Below are positions 10,591 through 21,788 of a stretch of DNA of 64,000 bases, in pieces. The translations under genes and the position numbers were made by a program. The DNA is from Escherichia coli. GTDB taxonomy: Bacteria > Pseudomonadota > Gammaproteobacteria > Enterobacterales > Enterobacteriaceae. The stretch's first letter is position 1, and each line of letters begins with the position of its first letter. Below the pieces are notes generated by a model. That model did not search any database and had not been told where the DNA came from. It was given only the letters and a program-made list of their open reading frames with translations. Where the stretch lies: assembly GCF_002854065.1 (NCBI RefSeq), contig NZ_CP024147.1, one strand, 5' to 3'.

Positions 10591-11260
10591 GACTTACCTT
10601 TGCCAGTTCACTGCGCATTTCATCAATGACTTTTTTATAGTCTGGCTGGTCGAAGATTGCCGAACCGGCGACGAACATATCCGCGCCCGCCGCAGCGATT
10701 TCGCCAATGTTGTTCACCTTCACGCCACCGTCCACTTCCAGACGAATGTCAAAGCCAGACTCGTCGATACGACGACGTACTTCGCGCAGTTTATCCAGTG
10801 TTTGAGGAATGAAAGACTGACCGCCGAAACCAGGATTGACGGACATCAGCAGGATCACATCCAGCTTATCCATCACGTAATCCAGATAGCTCAGAGGTGT
10901 CGCCGGGTTAAATACCAGACCCGCTTTACAGCCATTTTCTTTAATCAGTTGCAGCGTGCGGTCAACATGCTCGGAGGCTTCTGGATGAAAGGTAATGATG
11001 CTGGCACCAGCGGCAGCGAAATCAGGCACAATGCGATCGACAGGTTTCACCATCAGGTGTACGTCGATAGGGGCGGTAATGCCATAGTTACGCAAGGATT
11101 TCAGCACCATTGGCCCAATCGTCAGATTGGGAACATAGTGGTTATCCATGACGTCAAAATGCACGACATCAGCGCCAGCTGCCAGGGCTTTTGCGGTATC
11201 TTCACCCAGGCGGGCAAAATCAGCCGACAGAATTGAGGGGGCAATCAAATACTGTTTCAT
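10583..11260 (-). CDS. rpe: Ribulose-phosphate 3-epimerase (225 aa)
   Basis: ORF 225 aa recognised; overlaps gph start. Confidence 0.95.
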   Translation of the reverse strand: MKQYLIAPSILSADFARLGEDTAKALAAGADVVHFDVMDNHYVPNLTIGPMVLKSLRNYGITAPIDVHLMVKPVDRIVPDFAAAGASIITFHPEASEHVDRTLQLIKENGCKAGLVFNPATPLSYLDYVMDKLDVILLMSVNPGFGGQSFIPQTLDKLREVRRRIDESGFDIRLEVDGGVKVNNIGEIAAAGADMFVAGSAIFDQPDYKKVIDEMRSELAKVSHE

Positions 11261-11277
11261 CCGCTTCTCCTTGAGAA

Positions 11278-12114
11278 TTATTTTTTCGCGGGTGAAACGA
11301 CTCCTGGTTTGTACAAAGCCAGCAGTTCGTCCACCTTTTTACGTGTGCCGCCGTTGCTGCTTATACTGCGTCGAACTTTGACGACATGCAATTTTGCGCG
11401 CTGATACCACTCACGCGTTAACATCGTATCGTGATTGGAGATCAGCACAGGAATATGGCGATCAACCAGACCTTCGGCGATCTCCGCCAGATGCGCTTGT
11501 TGTTCAAGCGTAAAACTGTTTGTGTGATACGCCGTAAAGTTGGCGGTCGCAGACAGCGGTGCATAAGGCGGATCGCAATAGACGACGGATGCATCATCTG
11601 CGCGCGCCATGCTATCGGCGTAAGACTCACAATAGAAAAAGGCATTCTGCGCTTTTTCAGCGAAGTGATACAACTCTGCTTCCGGGAAATAGGGTTTTTT
11701 GTAGCGGCCGAACGGCACGTTAAACTCACCGCGCAGATTGTAACGACACAGGCCGTTGTAACCGTAGCGGTTCAAATATAAAAACAGTACCGCCCGACGG
11801 AACGGATCCTGGCTTTTGTTGAACTCTTCGCGGAACTGATAGTAAACCTCGGCGCAATTTGTTTCGGGAACAAACAGCTCGCGTGCGGCCTGTACGTACT
11901 CATCAGTACGCATCTTCACAATGTTATAGAGACTGATCAGGTCGCTATTGATATCGGCAAGGATATAACGAGAAAAGTCGGTGTTGAGAAACACCGACCC
12001 GGCACCTACAAAAGGCTCAACCAGACATTCGCCCTTGGGCAAATGCCGTTTAATATCATCAAGCAGGGGATACTTGCCCCCTGCCCACTTCAAAAAAGCG
12101 CGATTTTTCTTCAT
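11278..12114 (-). CDS. dam: DNA adenine methyltransferase Dam (278 aa), DPPY motif
   Basis: ORF contains [11 protein letters not shown]. Confidence 0.97.
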   Translation of the reverse strand: MKKNRAFLKWAGGKYPLLDDIKRHLPKGECLVEPFVGAGSVFLNTDFSRYILADINSDLISLYNIVKMRTDEYVQAARELFVPETNCAEVYYQFREEFNKSQDPFRRAVLFLYLNRYGYNGLCRYNLRGEFNVPFGRYKKPYFPEAELYHFAEKAQNAFFYCESYADSMARADDASVVYCDPPYAPLSATANFTAYHTNSFTLEQQAHLAEIAEGLVDRHIPVLISNHDTMLTREWYQRAKLHVVKVRRSISSNGGTRKKVDELLALYKPGVVSPAKK

Positions 12115-12220
12115 GCTGACTAACTAATTACACCTTCTCCGGCTGTGGAGAAAGCTCCGACAGCATCCAGCGCTTCAGGCAGCTCCCGCAACGATAAACC
12201 ATTGCGGGAGATAACCTTGA

Positions 12221-13507
12221 TTACTTCAGATCGGCCTGTACCTGACGCAGCGGTTTCGCCCACGGGTTTTTGGCCTGGACATCTGCTGGCAATGTAGATA
12301 CCGCTTTTTTCGCCTCTTCTTTCGAAGCGTACACGCCAGAAACCAGGACATACCACGGCTGACCATTACGCGTCGTTTCATAGACAACGTAGTTTTTCAG
12401 ATTCTCTTTCTTCGCCCAACCGTTCAGGTTGTCGTAGTTAGAGGAACTGCTCAGCTGCAGAGTGTAATGGCTGGACGGTGCCGATTTCAACGAACCCACA
12501 TTACCTGCGGTCTTCCCTCCAGCGGCTGGTGTTGCCGTGGTTTGCGCCGGGGATGCCGTCTGTACTGGAGCCGTAGTCGCCGTCTCTTTTGGTGCTGGCG
12601 TAGAAGTCGCAGCCGGTGCCTTCGTGCTCGCCACAGGAGCAGCTGGTTCAGTACGCTTCGGCGTCTGTGCTACCGGCTTCGGTTCCGTTTTCACGGTTGC
12701 TTGCGGTTTTTTCGGTTCAATCACCGCCTGCTGACGAGCTGGACGCGTAGTGGCCGGACGTTCAGCAGTTTGCGTTTTCGCCGTGTCACGCGATGCATTG
12801 CCATTGCGTACTGGCGCGACAGTTGCTGGTTCAGTCGGCAATGTAGAATTGACCGCCACATTGTTCAACTGTTGCTGATTTTGTGGCTGGGTCAGCGCAT
12901 TGTTCAGGTCACCCTGCACTTCAACACGTTGTTGACCATCCGTTGCCGCCGGGGTTTGCCCTTGAGTCGGCGTAGAAGAGATCGGCGGCAGAGAAACATC
13001 CTGCTGAGTATTTTCCGCAGACGTGGTTCCCGGCGCTGGCTGCACGCCATTCGCCTGATCGGTCGCATTGCCAGCAAGATCAATACTCTTCTCGCCAGAC
13101 GCGGTTTGATCGCTGGAAGTGGTCGAGGGGGCTTTTAGCGCAGAACCGATACCGATGATCAACAGCAGTAGAACCAGAATGCCGACGCCCATCATCATAT
13201 ACTGACGAGAAGCGGGTTTACTGGCTGCTTTTTTGCGCTTACGCGGACGACGCTCTACGCGCTCTTCATCCACGGTTTCATCTTCGGACTCGTCAATTTC
13301 TTCTTCGATTTCCGGTTCCTCATTGCGCTCTTTTTGCGCACGAGTCGGACGGCGATCGTCAGTGTCATCAAGTTCAATATCATCAAAATTGATCTGCGGT
13401 TCGCCACGTTCAGTACGCTCAGAACGTTCAGAAGATTGACGAGAACGACCAGTACGACGATCGCTGGGATCGGGTTTCAGCTCGTCTTCTGGTTTGAATT
13501 CATCCAT
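12221..13507 (-). CDS. damX: DamX, cell-division protein with C-terminal SPOR domain (428 aa)
   Basis: ORF 428 aa with acidic N-terminus and Pro/Thr/Ala-rich linker. Confidence 0.93.
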
Positions 13508-13598
13508 TTAACACCCCACTAAAAGGTTAATGCTTACCACGTTGCAATTAACCTGAAGCTAATAGACCGCTTGATAAGCGGCCTGACCTTTCTTGTTG

Positions 13599-14687
13599 TT
13601 ACGCTGATTGACAATCGGCAATGGCGTTAAGAACAAGCTCGTGCGAAACACCGCTGCGAACTTCACTCTTACCAATTGCCAACGGAAGAATTAAGCGCAT
13701 CTCTCCCGCAAGGACTTTCTTGTCACGCAGCATATGCGGTAAATACGCCTGCGCGGACATTTCGCGCGGCCCATTGACCGGTAACCCAGCCCGCGTGAGC
13801 AGAGTTATAATACGCTGCGTTTCGGCAGAACTAAACTGCCCGAGACGTTCCGACGTCCGCGCCGCCATCACCATACCCGCAGCGACCGCTTCACCATGTA
13901 ACCAATTGCCATACCCCATTTCAGCTTCAATGGCATGACCAAAGGTGTGTCCCAGATTCAGTAAAGCACGTAACCCGGTTTCGCGCTCGTCGGCGGCGAC
14001 AACTTCTGCCTTCAGTTCACAACAACGGCGAATACAGTACGCCATTGCCGGACCGTCCAGACGCAACAACGCATCCAGATTCTCTTCCAGCCAGTTGAAA
14101 AACGCACCGTCAAGAATAATGCCGTATTTGATGACTTCTGCCAGCCCCGACGCTAACTCACGCGGGGGAAGCGTTTTCAGACAGTCGAGATCCACCACCA
14201 CTGAAGCAGGCTGGTAGAACGCGCCAATCATGTTTTTACCGAGGGGATGGTTGACCGCAGTTTTGCCGCCAACGGAGGAATCGACCTGCGACAGTAACGT
14301 CGTCGGGACTTGAATGAAACGAACACCGCGCTGATAACTCGCCGCCGCGAAGCCGGTCAGATCGCCCACTACGCCGCCGCCAAGCGCCACCAGCGTAGTA
14401 TCGCGACCATGCGGCTTTTGTAACAACGCCGTAAAGACGGTATCGAGTACAGCCAGGCTTTTATACTGCTCGCCGTCAGGAAGGATAACGCTATCGACGT
14501 TAACACCCGCCTGTTCAAGTACGCCGCGGACCTTATCGAGATACAGAGGAGCCAGGGTTTCGTTGGTGACCAACATGACCTGCTCGCCCGATTTCAGCGG
14601 TAAGAATGAAGCTGGTTCATTAAACAAACCAGATGCGATGGTAATTGGGTAACTACGTTCCCCGAGAGTAACGACAATCCTCTCCAT
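13599..14687 (-). CDS. aroB: 3-dehydroquinate synthase (362 aa)
   Basis: ORF 362 aa recognised. Confidence 0.97.
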
Positions 14688-14743
14688 AACGCGACATCCA
14701 CCTTAATTACTGTACCCGCAGACGAGTGTATATAAAGCCAGAA

Positions 14744-15265
14744 TTAGTTGCTTTCCAGCATGTGAATAATCTGGTTTGCAACCACTTTAGCGCTTTGATC
14801 ATCAGTACGAATGGTCACGTCGGCAATCTCTTCATACAGCGGATTGCGTTCATTGGCCAACGCTTCCAGAACTTCACGTGGCGGTGTTTCAACGTGCAGC
14901 AACGGGCGTTTTTTATCACGCTGCGTGCGTGCAAGTTGCTTTTCGATGGTCGTTTCAAGATAAACGACAACGCCACGAGCGGAAAGACGGTTACGCGTTT
15001 CACGGGATTTCACAGAGCCGCCGCCAGTAGCCAGCACAATACCCTGTTTCTCGGTCAACTCATTGATGACCTTTTCTTCGCGATCGCGGAAGCCTTCTTC
15101 GCCTTCTAAATCGAAAACCCAGCCCACATCAGCTCCGGTTCGTTTCTCAATCTCTTGATCGGAATCGTAAAATTCCATATTGAGTTGTTGAGCTAACTGG
15201 CGCCCAATAGTGCTTTTTCCGGCACCCATAGGCCCAACCAGAAAGATATTGCGTTTCTCTGCCAT
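14744..15265 (-). CDS. aroK: Shikimate kinase I (173 aa); ORF-track start at 15466 is over-extended
   Basis: Start [19 protein letters not shown] (Walker A) at 15263..15265. Confidence 0.95.
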   Translation of the reverse strand: MAEKRNIFLVGPMGAGKSTIGRQLAQQLNMEFYDSDQEIEKRTGADVGWVFDLEGEEGFRDREEKVINELTEKQGIVLATGGGSVKSRETRNRLSARGVVVYLETTIEKQLARTQRDKKRPLLHVETPPREVLEALANERNPLYEEIADVTIRTDDQSAKVVANQIIHMLESN

Positions 15266-15665
15266 TTTTTCGGTACTACTAAGACTATTCGTTAATGATA
15301 AACCCGCTTCGCTCAGAGAGCGCCGCAGGACATGAACTGAAACCTCATAAGATATTGCGAGAGTCAGACTGAAAATTATCTCAATACTCCAGCGGGTTTG
15401 GCAACTGAATAAATCACCCATCCCTCTGCATATCTGGTCGCTGCAAGCGCGCTGCCTTGCTACCACCGCTCTGGCGATAAATCACCGGGTAAGATTAGCG
15501 TAAAAAAGACAGCAAAATGCCGCCTGAATGATAAATCATCATCATGGAACGCAGGCAGCGAAGAGCACCAACTCTCAAATCGGTACTCCTTGTATGCTAA
15601 ATACCTGCGCGCGTCAAATAGATGAAACACGTTCAGCGTAAAAACATTACCGCTTTTACGGCTGT

Positions 15666-16904
15666 TTACTCACTGGAAACCAGTCGTGGCGTGATAAACA
15701 CCACTAACTCGCGTCGTTCATCTTCTTTTCCGTCATGACGAAATAATTGCCCGAACCAGGGAATGTCGCCAAGCAACGGCACGCTATCCTGACCCGATTT
15801 ATTTTTACGGGTAAAAATGCCGCCCAGCGCCAACGTTTCTCCGCTTTTGACCTCGACCTGCGTTTCGATCTCCTGCTTATCAATCGCCAGCACTTCGCCA
15901 TCGGCCTGCTGTAGCACCTGCCCCGGAACGTTCTGGCTGATGTGTAATTTCAGCCGGATGCGACCTTTTTGTAACACCGTGGGCGTGACCTCCATCCCCA
16001 GGACTGCCTCTTTAAATTCCACCGACGTCGCGCCACTTTCCCCGCTGGAAACTTGATATGGAATTTCGCTCCCCTGTTTAATGCTGGCAGGCTGAAGATG
16101 TGAGGCCAGCAGACGCGGACTAGCGATAATATCCAGCTGCTGTTTTTGTTCGAGCGCAGAAAGCTCAAGATCCAGCAAACGTCCGTTGATGCGCCCAATG
16201 TTAAAACCGACATGCGTTGTCGCCGTCGCTACGGAGAGGTCGCTGCCAAGCGTGGTGACTTGCCCAACGCCACCAGCTTGTTGCGCATCGGCCAGCGTCC
16301 ATTTCACGCCTAACTCACGCAAACTTTTTTCATTAATGGTGACAATATGCGCCGACAGCTCAACCTGCCCGACCGGCAGATCCATTTGCGCTACCCACTG
16401 TTCAAGGGCGCTTAACGCCGTTTTGTTATCTCGTAGCAAAAGGCGATTGGTGCGTTTATCGACGGTCATACTCCCTTTGGCACTCAGTAGCTTTTCCCCA
16501 GCTTTCGCCAGCTCTCCGGCGTCGGCGTATTGCAGAGTAATATTGCGATTTTCCAGCGGCAGATTTGCCTGCGCCCGCGCCTGCTCCGCTTCCTGACGGG
16601 CGATATTGTCATTCTGCCAGGCAATGGAATGCACTGAGAGAATGTTGCCCTCCTGGCGCGTTATCAGTCCGGCGCTTTTCACTACAGTTTGTAGTGCCTG
16701 CTTCCAGGGAACATCTGTTAGATGTAACGACACCGTACCGCTGACGTCTGGCGACACCACCAGGTTCAACTTCTCCTGTTCAGCCAGCGCCTGCAACACC
16801 TGAGCTACCGGAACGTCATCCACCATCAGCGTCACTTTTTGCGGCTTTGCCGCCTGTACGCCGGGTATCAGCATCAACAGTAGTGCGGCTATCCATTGCT
16901 TCAT
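15666..16904 (-). CDS. hofQ: HofQ, secretin-family outer-membrane channel (412 aa)
   Basis: ORF 412 aa, signal peptide; synteny. Confidence 0.93.
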   Translation of the reverse strand: MKQWIAALLLMLIPGVQAAKPQKVTLMVDDVPVAQVLQALAEQEKLNLVVSPDVSGTVSLHLTDVPWKQALQTVVKSAGLITRQEGNILSVHSIAWQNDNIARQEAEQARAQANLPLENRNITLQYADAGELAKAGEKLLSAKGSMTVDKRTNRLLLRDNKTALSALEQWVAQMDLPVGQVELSAHIVTINEKSLRELGVKWTLADAQQAGGVGQVTTLGSDLSVATATTHVGFNIGRINGRLLDLELSALEQKQQLDIIASPRLLASHLQPASIKQGSEIPYQVSSGESGATSVEFKEAVLGMEVTPTVLQKGRIRLKLHISQNVPGQVLQQADGEVLAIDKQEIETQVEVKSGETLALGGIFTRKNKSGQDSVPLLGDIPWFGQLFRHDGKEDERRELVVFITPRLVSSE

Positions 16905-17220
16905 TTGTATCTCCTTGCCGTTGCCACAACCATTGTGGCGGTTCGCAGTTTGTCCCGGTACCCAGCGTTAGTACGTCTGGCGTCAGCTGTAAAATTGTCC
17001 AGCCGTTTTCCAGCACATCGTTTTGCTGCACCCGTCGCCATTTCTTTTGCCCGTCTTTTATTACACCGATGATGCGCTCGCCTCGCCCTACCATCCCCTG
17101 ATAGCGCCACTGGCTAAGTTCGCTAATCCGGCATAGATCTTCCGGCGGTTTAAAAGGGTCACGCATACCGGTTAAAAGGCACAATGCAATACCTGCCAAC
17201 AACCAGCGTTTAACCCTCAT
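16816..17220 (-). CDS. hofP: HofP (134 aa), start at MRVKRWLLAGIALCLL
   Basis: K-12 length; ORF track over-extended. Confidence 0.85.
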   Translation of the reverse strand: MRVKRWLLAGIALCLLTGMRDPFKPPEDLCRISELSQWRYQGMVGRGERIIGVIKDGQKKWRRVQQNDVLENGWTILQLTPDVLTLGTGTNCEPPQWLWQRQGDTNEAMDSRTTVDADTRRTGGKAAKSDADGG

Positions 17221-17650
17221 GCGGCGTCTCCAGTTGTAGGGTGAACAAAAGATCATCACCTTCCACGCTTAATGAAAAACGGCTCACGCTGACGTTGCGC
17301 TCTGCCAGCCGTGTAAATGCCGACGGCACTGCTTCCCACAGCGTTTTCAACGCCAACTCGCCTCCCTGCGCGGATGGATGCCAGGAAACCAGTTGCGCGC
17401 CGGATAACTGAAAATCCAGTGGCGAAAAGGGCAGCGTTTTTTCCTCGCTGAAGGGAGTGGTGTCTACCAGGCGATACAGTGCGGCCCACTGCTGGTGATG
17501 ACTTGCCCGTAGTCGAATTAATGCGTCGCTCTCTTCATGATGTGTCGATGACAGAAAAATGAGCGTAACTAACATCAGCAACCAGACTGCCCAGCAAAGC
17601 TGGCGGAGACGGGGTGATGTGGCGAACCACCAGTCAAAGAACATGTTCAT
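17210..17650 (-). CDS. hofO: HofO (146 aa)
   Basis: ORF 146 aa; synteny. Confidence 0.88.
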   Translation of the reverse strand: MNMFFDWWFATSPRLRQLCWAVWLLMLVTLIFLSSTHHEESDALIRLRASHHQQWAALYRLVDTTPFSEEKTLPFSPLDFQLSGAQLVSWHPSAQGGELALKTLWEAVPSAFTRLAERNVSVSRFSLSVEGDDLLFTLQLETPHEG

Positions 17651-18173
17651 CGCTAACCTTCCTTGTTAACTGATACTCAAATTGCCAGCGTCCCTGCGCA
17701 TCCTGCTGCGTGGCCCCCCGCTGATTGAGATGAAAAGACGCATCCTGGCGGAGTGACGTTTCCAGTGCGTTTAACGCGGTAATGCTTGTTGTCAGCCCCT
17801 TGATCTCCAGCGTTCCCTGCTGCCAGCTTATCGTTGTCAGCCAGGCGTGCTCGGGTAAAAGCGCCGCCAGTGCTTCCAGCGCAGATTGCCAGTCGCGGGT
17901 AAATTGTCGCTGGCGCTGCCGTTGCAAACGCTGTTCGCGTAACTGCTGTTGCTGCAGCAAACGTGGTTTCGTTATCTGTAAGCTGCGGGCGAGTTGTTGT
18001 TCCCCCTGAAGCAAAACGGCGTCTACGCGAGCTTCGGCGCTGCTTGTCAGACGCAGTATTAGCGTTATCCCGACGGCCAGCAGCAGAGGCGCAACGAACA
18101 TCAGCAACCAGAAACGAAGAAAAGCGGTCCGGCGTTGCTGTCGCCAGGGCAAAAAATTAATTGGCGGGTTCAT
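17634..18173 (-). CDS. hofN: HofN (179 aa)
   Basis: ORF 179 aa; synteny. Confidence 0.88.
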   Translation of the reverse strand: MNPPINFLPWRQQRRTAFLRFWLLMFVAPLLLAVGITLILRLTSSAEARVDAVLLQGEQQLARSLQITKPRLLQQQQLREQRLQRQRQRQFTRDWQSALEALAALLPEHAWLTTISWQQGTLEIKGLTTSITALNALETSLRQDASFHLNQRGATQQDAQGRWQFEYQLTRKVSDEHVL

Positions 18174-18952
18174 CAGTACGCCTTCCCAAGCGCCAGCCCC
18201 AGCGCGATGGCAAAGTCTCCACCTGGCGGCGGTAACGGCGGCTGACGAACAGAAACGGCCTCCCAGGGATCAAATCCGCCTTCGCCACATATCGCGACGC
18301 TTTCGGGATCAACGGATAACGCTGCCGCCAGCTCCTTCGCGCTAGTCATCCCCACCGCCAGTTTGCGCCCCCAGCGATAGCGCGTCGCCCACAGCCACTG
18401 TTCGTTATCACGCCAGGCCAGACATTGCTGATGAGAAGGTAAAAAAGGCAGGAATCGCTGTAATGCACTGGCATCCGGGGTGATCGCACTAACATGAACA
18501 CGCAACCTTTCTGCCAGAGTAAGCAGCGTTGCCAGCTCTTTGCTTTGCGCGGCAGTCACGTTATAGGCGGGACTGAGTGAGTCTTCGCTGTAATCGAAGC
18601 GCAGGGAGTCCGGATCCATATCCAGCTCGCGGGCCATCGTCCCGGAAAGCCAGGCCGTTTGCTCCCGCTCACCGAGGGACATCGGCGGGCGCGGAAATGA
18701 CCGCTGTAATGTGCGACTGGCGGGAAACGCCAACATGATGTGATGGCGCTGCGGCAGTTCGCGACTCCACGGTAACAACGTTTTAGCCAGCCGCTGCGCA
18801 TCAACAATCCGCCCATCTTTGATAATGTCGTGCGCCAGCGGCAACCGCCACCAGCGTTGCAAAAAGCATTCTTTTGCGCCCCGCACAATAGCAACCGCTA
18901 CCGCTTCTTGCTGTTGTAAATGCAAACCAATTTGCCAGATCTTAAATGCCAT
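18173..18952 (-). CDS. hofM: HofM (259 aa), start at MAFKIWQIGL
   Basis: K-12 length 259 aa; ATG at 18950..18952. Confidence 0.88.
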   Translation of the reverse strand: MAFKIWQIGLHLQQQEAVAVAIVRGAKECFLQRWWRLPLAHDIIKDGRIVDAQRLAKTLLPWSRELPQRHHIMLAFPASRTLQRSFPRPPMSLGEREQTAWLSGTMARELDMDPDSLRFDYSEDSLSPAYNVTAAQSKELATLLTLAERLRVHVSAITPDASALQRFLPFLPSHQQCLAWRDNEQWLWATRYRWGRKLAVGMTSAKELAAALSVDPESVAICGEGGFDPWEAVSVRQPPLPPPGGDFAIALGLALGKAY

Positions 18953-19071
18953 TGTGATGATCTCCTTATCACCCGTCACTCTGACGGGTATATCAATGCG
19001 TCTGGCTTGCCTTTATACTACCGCGCGTTTGTTTATAAACTGCCCAAATGAAACTAAATGGGAAATTTCCA

Positions 19072-21624
19072 GTGAAGTTCGTAAAGTATTTTTTGATCCT
19101 TGCAGTCTGTTGCATTCTGCTGGGAGCAGGCTCGATTTATGGCCTATACCGCTACATCGAGCCACAACTGCCGGATGTGGCGACATTAAAAGATGTTCGC
19201 CTGCAAATTCCGATGCAGATTTACAGCGCCGATGGCGAGCTGATTGCTCAATACGGTGAGAAACGTCGTATTCCGGTTACGCTGGATCAAATCCCGCCGG
19301 AGATGGTGAAAGCCTTTATCGCGACGGAAGACAGCCGCTTCTACGAGCATCACGGCGTTGACCCGGTGGGGATCTTCCGTGCAGCAAGCGTGGCGCTGTT
19401 CTCCGGCCACGCGTCACAAGGGGCGAGTACCATTACCCAGCAGCTGGCGAGAAACTTCTTCCTCAGTCCAGAACGCACGCTGATGCGTAAGATTAAGGAA
19501 GTCTTCCTCGCGATTCGCATTGAACAGCTGCTGACGAAAGACGAGATCCTCGAGCTTTATCTGAACAAGATTTACCTTGGTTACCGCGCCTATGGTGTCG
19601 GTGCTGCGGCACAAGTCTATTTCGGAAAAACGGTCGACCAACTGACGCTGAACGAAATGGCGGTGATAGCCGGACTGCCGAAAGCGCCTTCCACCTTCAA
19701 CCCGCTCTACTCGATGGATCGTGCCGTCGCGCGGCGTAACGTCGTGCTATCGCGGATGCTGGATGAAGGGTATATCACCCAACAACAGTTCGATCAGACA
19801 CGCACTGAGGCGATTAACGCTAACTATCACGCGCCGGAGATTGCTTTTTCTGCGCCGTACCTGAGCGAAATGGTGCGCCAGGAGATGTATAACCGTTATG
19901 GCGAAAGTGCCTATGAAGACGGTTATCGCATTTACACCACCATCACCCGCAAAGTGCAGCAGGCCGCGCAGCAGGCGGTACGTAATAACGTGCTGGACTA
20001 CGACATGCGCCACGGCTATCGCGGCCCGGCAAATGTGCTGTGGAAAGTGGGCGAGTCGGCGTGGGATAACAACAAGATTACCGATACGCTGAAGGCGCTG
20101 CCGACCTATGGTCCGCTGCTGCCTGCCGCAGTCACCAGCGCCAATCCTCAGGGAGCGACGGCGATGCTGGCGGACGGGTCGACCGTCGCATTGAGTATGG
20201 AAGGCGTTCGCTGGGCGCGTCCTTACCGTTCGGATACTCAGCAGGGACCGACGCCGCGTAAAGTGACCGATGTTCTGCAAACGGGTCAGCAAATCTGGGT
20301 TCGTCAGGTTGGCGATGCATGGTGGCTGGCACAAGTGCCGGAAGTGAACTCGGCACTGGTGTCGATCAATCCGCAAAACGGTGCCGTTATGGCGTTGGTC
20401 GGTGGCTTTGATTTCAATCAGAGCAAGTTTAACCGCGCCACCCAGGCACTGCGTCAGGTAGGTTCCAACATCAAACCGTTCCTCTACACCGCGGCGATGG
20501 ATAAAGGTCTGACGCTGGCAAGTATGTTGAACGATGTGCCAATTTCTCGCTGGGATGCAGGTGCCGGTTCTGACTGGCAGCCGAAGAACTCACCACCGCA
20601 GTATGCCGGTCCAATTCGCTTACGTCAGGGGCTGGGTCAGTCGAAAAACGTGGTGATGGTACGCGCAATGCGGGCGATGGGCGTCGACTACGCTGCAGAA
20701 TATCTGCAACGCTTCGGCTTCCCGGCGCAAAACATTGTCCACACCGAATCGCTGGCGCTGGGTTCAGCGTCCTTCACCCCAATGCAGGTGGCGCGCGGCT
20801 ACGCGGTCATGGCGAACGGCGGCTTCCTGGTGGACCCGTGGTTTATCAGCAAAATTGAAAACGATCAGGGCGGCGTGATTTTCGAAGCGAAACCGAAAGT
20901 AGCTTGCCCGGAATGTGATATTCCGGTGATTTACGGTGATACGCAGAAATCGAACGTGCTGGAAAATAACAATGTTGAAGATGTCGCTATCTCCCGCGAG
21001 CAGCAGAATGTTTCTGTACCAATGCCGCAGCTGGAGCAGGCAAATCAGGCGTTAGTTGCGAAGACTGGCGCGCAGGAGTACGCACCGCACGTCATCAACA
21101 CTCCGCTGGCATTCCTGATTAAGAGTGCTTTGAACACCAATATCTTTGGTGAGCCAGGCTGGCAGGGTACCGGCTGGCGTGCAGGTCGTGATTTGCAGCG
21201 TCGCGATATCGGCGGGAAAACCGGTACCACTAACAGTTCGAAAGATGCGTGGTTCTCGGGTTACGGTCCGGGCGTTGTGACCTCGGTCTGGATTGGCTTT
21301 GATGATCACCGTCGTAATCTCGGTCATACAACGGCTTCCGGAGCGATTAAAGATCAGATCTCAGGTTACGAAGGCGGTGCCAAGAGTGCCCAGCCTGCAT
21401 GGGACGCTTATATGAAAGCCGTTCTTGAAGGTGTGCCGGAGCAGCCGCTGACGCCGCCGCCGGGTATTGTGACGGTGAATATCGATCGCAGCACCGGGCA
21501 GTTAGCTAATGGTGGCAACAGCCGCGAAGAGTATTTCATCGAAGGTACGCAGCCGACACAACAGGCGGTGCACGAGGTGGGAACGACCATTATCGATAAT
21601 GGCGAGGCACAGGAATTGTTCTGA
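19072..21624 (+). CDS. mrcA: Penicillin-binding protein 1A (850 aa), GTG start
   Basis: Protein begins (V)KFVKYFLILAVCCILL as in K-12 PBP1a; ORF-track ATG at 19048 is 8 codons upstream. Confidence 0.95.
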   Translation: MKFVKYFLILAVCCILLGAGSIYGLYRYIEPQLPDVATLKDVRLQIPMQIYSADGELIAQYGEKRRIPVTLDQIPPEMVKAFIATEDSRFYEHHGVDPVGIFRAASVALFSGHASQGASTITQQLARNFFLSPERTLMRKIKEVFLAIRIEQLLTKDEILELYLNKIYLGYRAYGVGAAAQVYFGKTVDQLTLNEMAVIAGLPKAPSTFNPLYSMDRAVARRNVVLSRMLDEGYITQQQFDQTRTEAINANYHAPEIAFSAPYLSEMVRQEMYNRYGESAYEDGYRIYTTITRKVQQAAQQAVRNNVLDYDMRHGYRGPANVLWKVGESAWDNNKITDTLKALPTYGPLLPAAVTSANPQGATAMLADGSTVALSMEGVRWARPYRSDTQQGPTPRKVTDVLQTGQQIWVRQVGDAWWLAQVPEVNSALVSINPQNGAVMALVGGFDFNQSKFNRATQALRQVGSNIKPFLYTAAMDKGLTLASMLNDVPISRWDAGAGSDWQPKNSPPQYAGPIRLRQGLGQSKNVVMVRAMRAMGVDYAAEYLQRFGFPAQNIVHTESLALGSASFTPMQVARGYAVMANGGFLVDPWFISKIENDQGGVIFEAKPKVACPECDIPVIYGDTQKSNVLENNNVEDVAISREQQNVSVPMPQLEQANQALVAKTGAQEYAPHVINTPLAFLIKSALNTNIFGEPGWQGTGWRAGRDLQRRDIGGKTGTTNSSKDAWFSGYGPGVVTSVWIGFDDHRRNLGHTTASGAIKDQISGYEGGAKSAQPAWDAYMKAVLEGVPEQPLTPPPGIVTVNIDRSTGQLANGGNSREEYFIEGTQPTQQAVHEVGTTIIDNGEAQELF

Positions 21625-21629
21625 TTAAA

Positions 21630-21652
21630 AAGGCGCTTCGGCGCCTTTTCAG
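21630..21652. terminator. Bidirectional intrinsic terminator AAAGGCGCTTCGGCGCCTTTT between convergent mrcA and nudE
   Basis: Perfect hairpin flanked by A/T runs. Confidence 0.7.
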
Positions 21653-21678
21653 TTTGCTGACAAAGTGCACTTGTTTAT

Positions 21679-21775
21679 GCCGGATACGGGTGAACGCGTT
21701 ATCCGGCTAACAAAATCGTGAAAACTCAATATATTGCAGGAACCCCATAAGCCTGATAAGCGTTGTGCATCAGGC
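21679..21775. repeat. Two REP (repetitive extragenic palindrome) units, GCCGGATACGGGTGAACGCGTTATCCGGC and GCCTGATAAGCGTTGTGCATCAGGC
   Basis: Match enterobacterial REP consensus from memory. Confidence 0.7.
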
Positions 21776-21788
21776 AAACTTCACGCAT

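Noticed and set aside
12467-13138. 223-aa plus-strand Arg-rich ORF
   Set aside because: Antisense to the low-complexity linker of damX.
12600-13200. Possible tandem repeat or CRISPR-like periodicity in damX
   Set aside because: It is Pro/Thr/Ala/Gln-rich low-complexity coding sequence of the DamX linker, not a repeat-spacer array; no CRISPR repeats found anywhere in the window.
14744-15466. ORF-track N-terminal extensions (aroK 240 aa here; likewise pckA, rtcR, glpR, greB, gntX, hofP, hofM, yrfG, ompR, glpE, glpD, feoB)
   Set aside because: The six-frame track runs to the furthest upstream start; known K-12 N-termini and overlaps with neighbouring genes favour the internal starts given in the feature list.
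19747-20376. 209-aa minus-strand ORF
   Set aside because: Antisense to mrcA.
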